Below are positions 29,393 to 38,492 of a stretch of DNA of 64,000 nucleotides, in pieces. Made by a program: the position numbers and the translations under genes. The notes beneath the pieces were generated by a model that did no database searches, was not told the origin of the DNA, and saw nothing but the letters and a program-made list of their open reading frames with translations. The stretch is taken from assembly GCA_944388245.1 (NCBI GenBank), contig CALXIA010000004.1, forward strand, positions 14,900-78,899, in the 5' to 3' direction. The first letter of the stretch is position 1. Each line of letters starts with the position of its first letter. This stretch comes from an uncultured Gemmiger sp. (lineage in GTDB: Bacteria; Bacillota; Clostridia; Oscillospirales; Ruminococcaceae).

Positions 29393-29602
29393 ATGAAGAA
29401 ATCCCATTTTGCCGCGGTGCTGCTGTTCCTGGCCGCCGCCGTGGGCGCGCTGACCGCCGGCTACCTCTACATCCGCCGCCGCGAGAAGGAACTGGATGAG
29501 TACGAGAGCCTGCTGTTCAGCGAGGACTTCGACGAGGACGAGACCCCCGAGGCCGACGAGCCCGCGGAGGAAAAACCCGCCGAGGAAAAGCCCGCCGAAT
29601 AA
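29393..29602 (+). CDS. Small single-TM protein with acidic tail (alternative in-frame start at 29252)
   Basis: GAAAGGAG RBS; hydrophobic N-terminus, RRREKE, acidic EEKPA repeats; terminator follows. Confidence 0.7.
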   Translation: MKKSHFAAVLLFLAAAVGALTAGYLYIRRREKELDEYESLLFSEDFDEDETPEADEPAEEKPAEEKPAE

Positions 29603-29613
29603 ACCGCGACGCC

Positions 29614-29648
29614 AAAACCGCCGACCCGGCCGGGTCGGCGGTTTTTTT
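29614..29648. terminator. Bidirectional terminator
   Basis: Perfect palindrome AAAACCGCCGACCCGGCCGGGTCGGCGGTTTT. Confidence 0.85.
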
Positions 29649-29654
29649 GCGGGG

Positions 29655-29921
29655 TCAGCGGTCAAATTCCAGCAGGCGGCCGCAGCCGCGGCAGTGGTAA
29701 GGATGGCGGGCGGCGTAATGCAGCCGCTCCAGGTTCTCCCAGGTCCCGCAATGGGGGCAGCGCAGATAGCGCTTGTCGATGTACAGATAGCCGGCCAGCG
29801 CCGGGATGGCCGCCAGGAAGAACGGCCACCGGTAAAAGCCCAGCATAAGCGCCGCCGCGAACACGCACACACAGACAAATGCCAGACGCAGTTTGCCGCA
29901 GGGGATCTTTTTGCTTTTCAC
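29655..29921 (-). CDS. Small membrane protein with C-terminal zinc ribbon
   Basis: Two TM helices, CPHCG and CRGCG; AGGAGG 7 nt before GTG. Confidence 0.7.
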   Translation of the reverse strand: MKSKKIPCGKLRLAFVCVCVFAAALMLGFYRWPFFLAAIPALAGYLYIDKRYLRCPHCGTWENLERLHYAARHPYHCRGCGRLLEFDR

Positions 29922-30110
29922 GGAACATCCTCCTTTTGCTTTGAAGCCCGCAGTCGGGCCGTATCGTTTTTATCAGTATACCACAGGCCGCCCCACTCTG
30001 CCACTTGTTCGCCGGCGCGCATCTATGGTATAATCATAGAATATTATGGGGGAGAAGGCCCGCGCCCGTTTGCGCGGGGCCGCCCCCCGCCCGGCAAGGA
30101 GGTGCGCGGC

Positions 30111-31364
30111 ATGAAAAAATTCCTCACCTGGCTCACCATGGTGGCCCTGTTCGTGGTGCTGGTGGTGGCGGGCACGGTGGGCTTTCTCTACAGCCGCGTC
30201 ACCGAGGCCTATCTGCCGGCGCAGGGCGCCAGTTTCGCCGGCCAGACCCTGACCCCCAACGGCTACAGCTGGGGGGTGCCGGTGCTGGGCGGCGTGGTCT
30301 GGCGCACCTTCCAGCAGAGCGTCACCGCCGACGTGCAGGACCTGGGCACCATCGACCAGGTCAGCCCCGCCGTCACCCTGGCCGACGGGCTGGACCCGGC
30401 GGGCAGCTTTGTGACCCTCACCGCCGCCGACGGCAGCCAGGTCTACAACGGGCCGGTCTCCGGCCTGGCCGGGCTGCGGCTGCCCGCCAACGGGACCTAC
30501 CAGGGCCTGCTCACCGCCGGGCGGGTCGCGGGCGGCAAGCCCGCCAAGCCCGCCGGCTTTTACCGGTACCGGTTCCGGTTCACCCTGGCCGCCAGCCCCA
30601 CCCTGACCCTCTCGGACGACACCATCACCCGGGGCGAGGTGTGCGCGGTCTACATCAGCAACGTGCTGGACGCCGGCGCCACCCCCTCGGTGGAGTGTGA
30701 ACTGGGCAGCGTCTGGCTGGCCCCGGTGAGCGGCGGCTGGCTGGGCTTTGCGCCCGCCGCCTACAACGCCGAGGCCGGGGACCACGCCCTCACCGTCACG
30801 GTGGGCGGCTTTGTGCTGGAGGACACCATCACGGTGCAGCACAAGGACTTCGCCAAGGTGAACACCACCGGCGAGGAGACTGCCGAGCCCGCCGGCGCTT
30901 CGGAGGAGTTCCGGGAGAAGATCTGGCCCCTCTACACCGCCGGCAGCGCCGAGATCCTGTGGAACGGCGCCTTCGCCCAGCCGGTGGAGGGGGAGGTCGC
31001 CCTGGATTTCGGGGTGTTTGAATGCAAAAACGGCAGCCAGCAGGCCAGTCGCAGCACCGGCGTGGAGTGGCGGGCCGCCGAGGGCGCGCAGGTGGTCAGC
31101 CCCGCCGCCGGCAGGGTGGTCTTTGCGGGGCCGCTGCTGCTCACCGGCAACACGGTGGTCATCGACCACGGCTGCGGCGTCAAGAGTTATCTGTACCGGC
31201 TGGGCTCGATCAGCGTCGAGAGCGGCGCCGCGGTGGACCGGGGCGCGCCGGTGGGCGCGGCCGGCGGCCAGCTGGTCAAGTACGAACTGAAGATCGGCAA
31301 CAAGAGCATCGACCCCTGGATGGCCATCCGGGGGCAGGGCGGGCTGTTCTGCAACCCGGCCTGA
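30111..31364 (+). CDS. Membrane-anchored M23/LytM-domain protein, zinc ligands absent
   Basis: VVSPAAGRVVFAG..GNTVVIDHG..IDP M23 scaffold; HxxxD and HxH replaced. Confidence 0.8.
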   Translation: MKKFLTWLTMVALFVVLVVAGTVGFLYSRVTEAYLPAQGASFAGQTLTPNGYSWGVPVLGGVVWRTFQQSVTADVQDLGTIDQVSPAVTLADGLDPAGSFVTLTAADGSQVYNGPVSGLAGLRLPANGTYQGLLTAGRVAGGKPAKPAGFYRYRFRFTLAASPTLTLSDDTITRGEVCAVYISNVLDAGATPSVECELGSVWLAPVSGGWLGFAPAAYNAEAGDHALTVTVGGFVLEDTITVQHKDFAKVNTTGEETAEPAGASEEFREKIWPLYTAGSAEILWNGAFAQPVEGEVALDFGVFECKNGSQQASRSTGVEWRAAEGAQVVSPAAGRVVFAGPLLLTGNTVVIDHGCGVKSYLYRLGSISVESGAAVDRGAPVGAAGGQLVKYELKIGNKSIDPWMAIRGQGGLFCNPA

Positions 31365-31412
31365 TCGGTTTTCAGCAGACCGCCCGGCAGGGCGGCAAGG
31401 AGGGATCGTCTC

Positions 31413-32807
31413 GTGAGCGAACAGGAGCAGAGCCTGCTGGAACAGCAGGACGAGGAAGAAGAGGAGGTCGCCTCCCGCCCCTGGTGGGTCACCCTGCTGG
31501 TGTGGCTGGGGATGGTGGTGCTGATCGTGGCGCTGATCGTGGGCGGGGTGGTGCTGGTGATGTACCGCTCGGTCACCATGGAGGCTCTGCCCGAGCGCAC
31601 CGCCGCCTTTGACGGCCAGACCCTGACCCCCGCCGCCTGGGACTGGCAGGTGCCGGTGGCCGGCTTCATCAAGCGGGAGTTTACGGGCAGCGACCCGGCC
31701 GCCGCCGGCGCGGCGCTGGCCGAGATCCAGGTGAGCGATCCCCAGCTGACCCTGCCCAAGGGCATGACCAGCCAGCTGACCCTGGCCGGCGCCGACGGCA
31801 CGGTGCTGTTTGAGGGCAGCGGGGAGGAGTTCGCCAACTTCCGCTTCGCCGCCGACGGGGACTACACCATGGAACTGACCGTCACCCAGGCCGCCGCCCA
31901 GGTGGGCCAGAGCGTGACCGGCCAGGATGTGTACCGGTTTGCCTTCACCCTGAACGCCGAGCCCCAGGTGACCCTGAGCGGCGAATCGGTGGTGCAGGGC
32001 GGCGTTGTGGGTATCCGGGTCACCGGCGTGCTGGGGGAGGTGCCCCCCAGCCTGACCACCGATCTGGGCGAGGCGGTCTTCATCAAGCACAACGGGGCCT
32101 GGCTGGCCTATCTGGGGGTGCCGGAGGACTGCTTCGGCGGCGAGTACATCCTGCACATCCGTTCCGGCGAGTACGAACTGACCCCCACCGTGCGGGTCTA
32201 CGGCCGGGAGGTGCGGGAACTGGACACCTACACCGCCGACGGCTCCGCCGCGACCCCCTACATAGGGGCGGTGCCCGGCGCGCTGCGCGATGTGATGGAC
32301 ATTGTGGACCCGGACGTGTACTGGGCCCAGGACGGCTTTGTGCAGCCGGTGCAGGGCACCCTGGTGCGGGACTACGACGTGTATGAGTACACCGACCGGG
32401 TCCAGGCCGACCCGCTGCTCATGGCCACCTATCCCATCGAGCTGCAGGTGGTGCTGCAGGCCCAGATCGACGCGGCCAACGCCCTGATCACACCCCGGCG
32501 CAGCGTCAACGTGACCTTCGCCACCCCCGCCGGCAGCGCGGTGGTCAGCCCCGCGGCGGGCCGGGTGGTCTTTGCCGGCACCCTGGGGAATACCGGCCGC
32601 ACCCTGGTCATCGAGCACGGCGCCGGGCTCAAGAGCCTGTTCTATCTGCTGGGCAGCATCAAGGTCAGCGAGGGGGACTATGTGACCCAGGGCCAGACGG
32701 TGGCCACCACCCAGGGCCATGTGGTCTGCGATATGCGGCTGGGCGACGCGGCGCTGGATCCCTGGAGCGTCTGGCGCAACGTGAACCCGGGCGTGACCTT
32801 TCGGTAA
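31413..32807 (+). CDS. Paralogous membrane-anchored M23/LytM-domain protein, zinc ligands absent
   Basis: VVSPAAGRVVFAG..GRTLVIEHG..LDPW; shared N-terminal GQTLTP..W.VPV motif with the upstream paralog. Confidence 0.8.
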   Translation: MSEQEQSLLEQQDEEEEEVASRPWWVTLLVWLGMVVLIVALIVGGVVLVMYRSVTMEALPERTAAFDGQTLTPAAWDWQVPVAGFIKREFTGSDPAAAGAALAEIQVSDPQLTLPKGMTSQLTLAGADGTVLFEGSGEEFANFRFAADGDYTMELTVTQAAAQVGQSVTGQDVYRFAFTLNAEPQVTLSGESVVQGGVVGIRVTGVLGEVPPSLTTDLGEAVFIKHNGAWLAYLGVPEDCFGGEYILHIRSGEYELTPTVRVYGREVRELDTYTADGSAATPYIGAVPGALRDVMDIVDPDVYWAQDGFVQPVQGTLVRDYDVYEYTDRVQADPLLMATYPIELQVVLQAQIDAANALITPRRSVNVTFATPAGSAVVSPAAGRVVFAGTLGNTGRTLVIEHGAGLKSLFYLLGSIKVSEGDYVTQGQTVATTQGHVVCDMRLGDAALDPWSVWRNVNPGVTFR

Positions 32808-32871
32808 CCAATCGGGAAAACCACGCCCCGCGCGTGGTTTTCTGGCTGTAATGCCAAGGAGGAAAACGGCT

Positions 32872-34257
32872 ATGTGGATGGATTTCTCGGCCACCGTCTG
32901 CGCCCTGGCCACCCCGCCGGGGGTGGGGGGCATCGCGGTGGTGCGCATCAGCGGCCCCGAGGCTTACCGGGTGGCGGAACAGGTGTTCCGCCCGGCCAAC
33001 CCCGCCCGTAAACTCCGCGAGGCCAAGGGCTACACCGCCCTGTTCGGCCACAGCCTGCGGCCGGACGGCACCGTGCTGGACGAAACGATCGCCCTGTGTT
33101 TCCGCGCCCCCCGCAGCTACACCGGTGAGGACGTGGTGGAGTTGAGCTGCCACGGGGGCAGCGCCATGGCCGAGGGGCTGGTGCAGGCCTGCCTGGCGGC
33201 GGGGGCCCGGCCCGCCGCCGCGGGGGAGTTCACCCGCCGGGCCTTTGAGAACGGCCGCATCAGCCTGACCCAGGCCGAGGCGGTGATGGACGCGATCCAG
33301 GCCGCCGGCCGGCAGGGGGCGGCGCTGGCCGCCGCCGGGCTGGACGGGGCGGTGGCCCGGCGGATCGGGGCCATCCGGGATCAGCTGACCGCCCTGGCCG
33401 CCCACCTGGCCGCCTGGGTGGATTTCCCCGAGGAGGATGTGCCCGCCCTGGAGCCGGCGGCCCTGACCGCCACCCTCACCGAATGCCGGGACGAGATCCA
33501 GACCATGATCGACCAGTGGGGCGCGGGGGCGGTGGCCCTGGGCGGGGTGGATACCGCCATCGTGGGCCGGCCCAACGTGGGCAAAAGCACCCTGCTGAAC
33601 CTGCTGGCCGGCTTTGAGCGGGCCATCGTGACCCCGGTGGCCGGCACCACCCGGGACGTGGTGCAGCAGACGGTGCAGCTGGGCAGCGTGCGGCTGAATC
33701 TGAGCGACACCGCCGGGCTGCGGGATACCGAGGACGCGGTGGAGGCCGAGGGCATCCGCCGCAGCTACAAGGCGCTGGACGCCGCCGGGCTGGTGCTGGC
33801 GGTGTTCGACGCCAGCGAGCCCGCCACCGACGAGGACGCCCGGCTGGCCGGGCTGTGCCGGGGCCGCCCGGCGCTGGCGCTGGTGAACAAGCAGGACGCC
33901 GGGGAACAGGTGTTCGACGAATCGGTGCTGGAAGGGTGCTTTTCCCAGGTGCTGCACCTGTCCGCCAAAGACCCGGCCAGCCTGGAGCTGCTGGCCGGCC
34001 GGGTGGAGGCGCTGCTGGGGGTGGCGAACCTGGACCCGTCGGCGGGCTGCTTGAGCGGGCAGCGCCAGCTGGCCGCCGCCACCGCCGCTTGCAACGCGCT
34101 GAAGGACGCGCTGGACGCCCAGCGCCGGGGCTTCGGCCTGGACGCGGTGGGGGTCTGTGTGGACGAGGCGTTGCAGGCGCTGTATGAACTGACCGGCGAG
34201 GGGGCCGACGAGGCGGTGATCGACCAGGTGTTCAGCCGGTTCTGCGTGGGAAAGTAA
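32872..34257 (+). CDS. mnmE: tRNA modification GTPase MnmE
   Basis: APRSYTGEDVVE..HG, GRPNVGKS, GTTRD, DTAG, C-terminal FCVGK. Confidence 0.96.
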   Translation: MWMDFSATVCALATPPGVGGIAVVRISGPEAYRVAEQVFRPANPARKLREAKGYTALFGHSLRPDGTVLDETIALCFRAPRSYTGEDVVELSCHGGSAMAEGLVQACLAAGARPAAAGEFTRRAFENGRISLTQAEAVMDAIQAAGRQGAALAAAGLDGAVARRIGAIRDQLTALAAHLAAWVDFPEEDVPALEPAALTATLTECRDEIQTMIDQWGAGAVALGGVDTAIVGRPNVGKSTLLNLLAGFERAIVTPVAGTTRDVVQQTVQLGSVRLNLSDTAGLRDTEDAVEAEGIRRSYKALDAAGLVLAVFDASEPATDEDARLAGLCRGRPALALVNKQDAGEQVFDESVLEGCFSQVLHLSAKDPASLELLAGRVEALLGVANLDPSAGCLSGQRQLAAATAACNALKDALDAQRRGFGLDAVGVCVDEALQALYELTGEGADEAVIDQVFSRFCVGK

Positions 34258-34270
34258 GGGAGAGACAACT

Positions 34271-36178
34271 GTGATCCATCTGGGAGATTTTGAGGTGATC
34301 GTGATCGGCGCGGGCCACGCCGGCATCGAGGCCGCCCACGCGGCGGCGGTGCTGGGCGCGCGCACCGGGCTGTTCACCCTGAGCCTGGACAGCATCGGCA
34401 ACATGCCCTGCAACCCCAGCATCGGCGGCACCGCCAAGGGCCATCTGGTGCGGGAGGTGGACGCGCTGGGCGGGGTGATGGGGCTGGCGGCGGACGCCAC
34501 CTATCTGCAGAGCCGGATGCTCAACCGGGGCAAGGGCCCGGCGGTGCACAGCCTGCGGGTGCAGACCGACCGGCGCCGCTACCACGACTATATGAAGCGG
34601 TTTCTGGAGCGCACCCCCGGCCTGGAACTGAAACAGGCCGAGGTGACCGATATCCTGGCGGAGAACGGCCGTGTCACCGGGGTGCGCACCCGGCTGGACG
34701 GGTACTACGGGGCGAAGTGCGTGGTCATCGCCACCGGCACCAACCTGGGCGGCAAAATTTTTGTGGGCGGGGCGGACTATCCCAGCGGGCCGGACGGCCA
34801 GCACGCCGCCACCGCCCTGACCGAGAGCCTGCGGGCGCTGGGGCTGCCGCTGCGCCGGTTCAAGACCGGCACCCCGGCCCGGGTGCACCGGCGCAGCATT
34901 GATTTCGACAAGCTGGTCTGCCAGCCCGGCGACCCGGACGAGCTGCTGCAGCCCTTCAGCTTCCTCACCCGCGCCCCCATGCGCAACAAGGTGGCCTGCC
35001 ACATCGCCTGGACCAACCCCGAGACCCACCGGATCATCCGGGAAAATTTACACCGCAGCCCCCTGTACGGGGGCAAGATCGAGGGCATCGGGCCCCGGTA
35101 CTGCCCCTCCATCGAGGACAAGGTGGTGCGGTTCGCCGACAAGGACCGGCACCAGATCTTTGTGGAGCCCTGCGGCGAGGACACCGACGAGATGTACCTG
35201 CAGGGGATGAGCAGCAGCCTGCCGGAGGATGTGCAAATCGCCATGTACCGCAGCATCGTGGGGTTTGAGCATCTGGAGATCATGCGCCCGGCCTACGCCA
35301 TCGAGTACGACTGCGTGGACCCCACCGCCCTGGCCGCCACCCTGGAGTGCAAGGCGGTGGCGGGGCTGTACGGGGCGGGGCAGTTCAACGGCACCAGCGG
35401 CTACGAGGAGGCGGCGGCCCAGGGCCTTCTGGCCGGGCTCAACGCCGCCCGGGCCGCGCTGGGCAAGAGCCAGCTGATCCTGCCCCGGTCCTCCAGCTAT
35501 CTGGGCACCCTGGTGGACGATCTGGTGACCAAGGGGGTGCTGGACCCCTACCGGATGATGACCAGCCGCAGCGAGTACCGGCTGACCCTGCGCCAGGACA
35601 ACGCGGACGAGCGGCTGACCCCCATCGGCCGGGAGTACGGGCTGGTGGACGATGCCCGCTGGGCCCGGTTCCAGGAGGACATGGCCATCAAGCAGGCGGA
35701 ACTGGCCCGGCTGCACGCCACCCGCATCGGCGGGGCGGCGCTGGCGGCGCCCTTCGCGGCGGCGGGGCTGGACCCGGCGCCCCAGGGCGGCACGGCGGCC
35801 CAGCTGCTGCTGCGCCCGGGGGTGAGCTACGAATTGCTGGCCGGGATCATCGGCCGGGGCGAGGGGGTGGACGCCCGGATGGCCGGCCGCATCGAGACCG
35901 AGCTGAAGTACGCCGGCTACATCGAGCGCCAGCAGCGCCAGGTGCGCCAGGTGCAGCGGCAGGAGAACACCCCTATCCCGCCGGATTTTGACTACGCGCC
36001 GCTGGACGGCCTGCGGCTGGAGGCCCGGGAAAAGCTGGGCCGTATCCGGCCGGTGAGCCTGGGCCAGGCGGCCCGAGTGCCGGGGGTGTCCCCTTCGGAC
36101 ATCGCGGTGCTCAGCGTGGCGCTGCATGCCGCGCGCCGAAAACAGGCAAACCCCGGGCAGGACCCGGAGGAACAATAA
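34271..36178 (+). CDS. mnmG: tRNA uridine-5-carboxymethylaminomethyl modification enzyme MnmG
   Basis: GAGHAGIEA, MPCNPSIGG, FKTGTP, GPRYCPSIEDK, AGQFNGTSGYEEAAAQG. Confidence 0.97.
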   Translation: MIHLGDFEVIVIGAGHAGIEAAHAAAVLGARTGLFTLSLDSIGNMPCNPSIGGTAKGHLVREVDALGGVMGLAADATYLQSRMLNRGKGPAVHSLRVQTDRRRYHDYMKRFLERTPGLELKQAEVTDILAENGRVTGVRTRLDGYYGAKCVVIATGTNLGGKIFVGGADYPSGPDGQHAATALTESLRALGLPLRRFKTGTPARVHRRSIDFDKLVCQPGDPDELLQPFSFLTRAPMRNKVACHIAWTNPETHRIIRENLHRSPLYGGKIEGIGPRYCPSIEDKVVRFADKDRHQIFVEPCGEDTDEMYLQGMSSSLPEDVQIAMYRSIVGFEHLEIMRPAYAIEYDCVDPTALAATLECKAVAGLYGAGQFNGTSGYEEAAAQGLLAGLNAARAALGKSQLILPRSSSYLGTLVDDLVTKGVLDPYRMMTSRSEYRLTLRQDNADERLTPIGREYGLVDDARWARFQEDMAIKQAELARLHATRIGGAALAAPFAAAGLDPAPQGGTAAQLLLRPGVSYELLAGIIGRGEGVDARMAGRIETELKYAGYIERQQRQVRQVQRQENTPIPPDFDYAPLDGLRLEAREKLGRIRPVSLGQAARVPGVSPSDIAVLSVALHAARRKQANPGQDPEEQ

Positions 36179-36193
36179 AGGAGTGAAAGCGTT

Positions 36194-36616
36194 ATGGAAT
36201 ATCGTCGTTTTAAGGATACCCTGTTCATCCGGATGGACAAGGGCGAGGAGATTCTGGAGCAGCTGGAAAAGGTCTGCACCGCCGAACAGGTGAAGCTGGC
36301 CCAGGTCAGCGCCATCGGCGCGATCAACGACTTCACGGTGGGGGTGCTGGTCACCGCCGACAAGCAGTACAAGGCCAACAGCTTCACCGGCGATCACGAG
36401 ATCGTCAGCCTGACCGGCACCGTCACCACCAAGGAGGGGAACTACTACGCCCATCTGCATCTGGCCGCCGGCGACGGCACCGGCGCCGTGGTGGGCGGGC
36501 ACCTGAACCGGGCGGTGGTCAGCGCCACCTGCGAGATGGTGGTGCGCATCGTGGACGGCACCGTGGAGCGCCGCTTCAGCGACGAAGTGGGCCTGAACCT
36601 GTTTGAGTTCGTCTAA
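36194..36616 (+). CDS. PPC/DUF296 domain protein
   Basis: EIVSLTG, HLH, GGHL, TCEM motifs. Confidence 0.88.
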   Translation: MEYRRFKDTLFIRMDKGEEILEQLEKVCTAEQVKLAQVSAIGAINDFTVGVLVTADKQYKANSFTGDHEIVSLTGTVTTKEGNYYAHLHLAAGDGTGAVVGGHLNRAVVSATCEMVVRIVDGTVERRFSDEVGLNLFEFV

Positions 36617-36620
36617 ATGG

Positions 36621-36735
36621 GCCGATCTGGGGCCATCGGCCCCAGACCCCTTTTGTCGGGCCGGAATCCTCCGGCCCTCGGGGCAAAAACAGCAAAGCCC
36701 GCGCGGACCGTTTTGGTCTGCGCGGGCTTTTTGCT
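36621..36735 (+). repeat. Modular palindromic element E6 (A-B-C, truncated)
   Basis: GCCGAT-CTGGGGCC-ATC-GGCCCCAG-ACCCC; GGGCCGGA-ATCC-TCCGGCCC; AAAGCCCGCGCGGACC..GGTCTGCGCGGGCTTT. Confidence 0.82.
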
Positions 36736-36846
36736 CATTTTTAGGGGGCGACGTTTTTTAGCTTGCCGAAAGGGGAGAGGACCATCAGGGTTCTCTCCCA
36801 CTTGCGATCGTCCCGTTTTTTCTGCGCGCAGAGCAGGAAAACGGCC

Positions 36847-37950
36847 TTACGGCCGGGCGCGCCAGGCGTTGAACCGGGCGGTCAGGCGGTCGGCCAGACG
36901 GGCCAGGGCCGGGGCGTAGAGGGGTTCGATCAGCCGCCGGCGCAGCAATTCCAGCAGGGTACAGGCCAGGTAGATGCCCAGCACGCAGACCGGCGCGTAC
37001 CACACGATCTGCCAGCCCACCAGGTGGGCGCCCATCTGCAGATGGCCCCACAGCGCCGGGCGCACATAGGCGTTGTCGTGCAGCAGGTACACCCCCAGGG
37101 TGGCCGAGGCCACCCGGTTGACCAGCCGGCTTTGGAAGAAAAAGCGGGAAAAGCCCAGCACCAGCGCCGCGGCGATCCCGATGGTCAGGGGGCTGGTCTC
37201 CAGCCAGAGGTTCAGCCGGTACTGGGCCAGCAGCCGGGAGTCCCGGCTGATGCCGGGCAGCACCACCGCCACCAGCAGCACCACCCCCAGCTGGGCCGCC
37301 GCCGCCCCCGCCACCAGCGCCCCGCCGCTTGCCCGCCGGGCCGGCGGGTACAGCCGCAGATAGGCCCCGATGCCATAGAGCAGCACGAACAGCGCCCCCA
37401 GGCCGGACCCGTCCAGGTCCACAAACAGCAGGGTGGGCAGCAGGCTGGCCCCCACAAAGCCTATGGCCAGCAGCGCCAGCAGTTCCCGGCGGGAGAGCGC
37501 CCGGATCAGCCGGTTGAGAAAGGGGCTGATCAGATACAGGCAAAGGTAGTCGGTGACGAACCAGTAGTCCCCGTACAGGGCCCCGAACAGCGCCCGCACG
37601 CCGGTCAGGGCCAGGTCCGGGGTCATGGGGCCCAGGGTGCCCCGGGCAAAGGCCGCGGCGAAGAGCACAAGGCCGTAAAACCCGGTCTGGGCCGCCAGCA
37701 GCAGCGGCTTGACGGCGTGGAACCGGGCGGTGACCTGATAATAGCCGGTGATCATCACAAAGACGGCCACCCCTAGCTTGCCGCTGGTGTGCAGGGCCTG
37801 TTCAAACAGTTCCCAGCCGGAGGTGCCGGCGGCCAGCAGGTCCAGCCCGCCGTGGATCATGCTGTGATGGCACACGATCAGCAGCATGGCCAGGATCCGC
37901 AGCAGCTCCATGCTGCTGTTGCGGGATTGTATACCAAGGGGCTGGCTCAC
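36847..37950 (-). CDS. Acyltransferase-3 family membrane protein
   Basis: RNSSMELLRILAMLLIVCHH, GVAVFVMITGY, YWFV..Y, TLGVYLLH; GTG overlaps the NUDIX stop. Confidence 0.85.
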   Translation of the reverse strand: MSQPLGIQSRNSSMELLRILAMLLIVCHHSMIHGGLDLLAAGTSGWELFEQALHTSGKLGVAVFVMITGYYQVTARFHAVKPLLLAAQTGFYGLVLFAAAFARGTLGPMTPDLALTGVRALFGALYGDYWFVTDYLCLYLISPFLNRLIRALSRRELLALLAIGFVGASLLPTLLFVDLDGSGLGALFVLLYGIGAYLRLYPPARRASGGALVAGAAAAQLGVVLLVAVVLPGISRDSRLLAQYRLNLWLETSPLTIGIAAALVLGFSRFFFQSRLVNRVASATLGVYLLHDNAYVRPALWGHLQMGAHLVGWQIVWYAPVCVLGIYLACTLLELLRRRLIEPLYAPALARLADRLTARFNAWRARP

Positions 37951-38492
37951 AGGCGGCCCTCCGCCTGCAGCGCCCGGATCTTGAGCAGGGCGGCCACCGT
38001 TTTGCCGTCCACGATCCGCCCGTCCAGGCACATGGCCACCGCCTCGGCCAGCGGCAGGGATTCCGGGGTCAGGAACTCGTCCTCATCCAGGTGCATCGGC
38101 ACCGGGTGCAGCCCGGTGGCCAGATAGGTATAGATGATCTCGTTGCAATAGCCCACCGTGGGCCAGACCGGGTGCAGGTCCTGCCAGTGGTCGGCGGCCA
38201 GGCCCGCCTCCTCGCCCAGTTCCCGTTTGGCGGCCTCCAGCGGGTCCTCGCCCGGCTCCAGCTTGCCGGCGGGCAGTTCCCAGATCTCCTGCCCGAAGGC
38301 ATACCGGAACTGCCGCACCAGGTACACCCGGCCGTCCTCGGTCAGGGCCGCCACGCAGGCGCCCCCGTGGTGGTGCACCACCTCCCGGGTGCCCTCGGCC
38401 CCGTTTTCCAGCTGCACGGTGTCCTTGGTCACGGTGAACACCCGGCCCTGGTAGATCTCCTGGCTGGAGAGCTGTTTCTCAAAATGCGCCAT
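37947..38492 (-). CDS. NUDIX hydrolase (ADP-ribose pyrophosphatase-like)
   Basis: Nudix box ELPAGKLEPGEDPLEAAKRELGEEAG; QFRY, DEDEFL. Confidence 0.92.
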   Translation of the reverse strand: MAHFEKQLSSQEIYQGRVFTVTKDTVQLENGAEGTREVVHHHGGACVAALTEDGRVYLVRQFRYAFGQEIWELPAGKLEPGEDPLEAAKRELGEEAGLAADHWQDLHPVWPTVGYCNEIIYTYLATGLHPVPMHLDEDEFLTPESLPLAEAVAMCLDGRIVDGKTVAALLKIRALQAEGRL

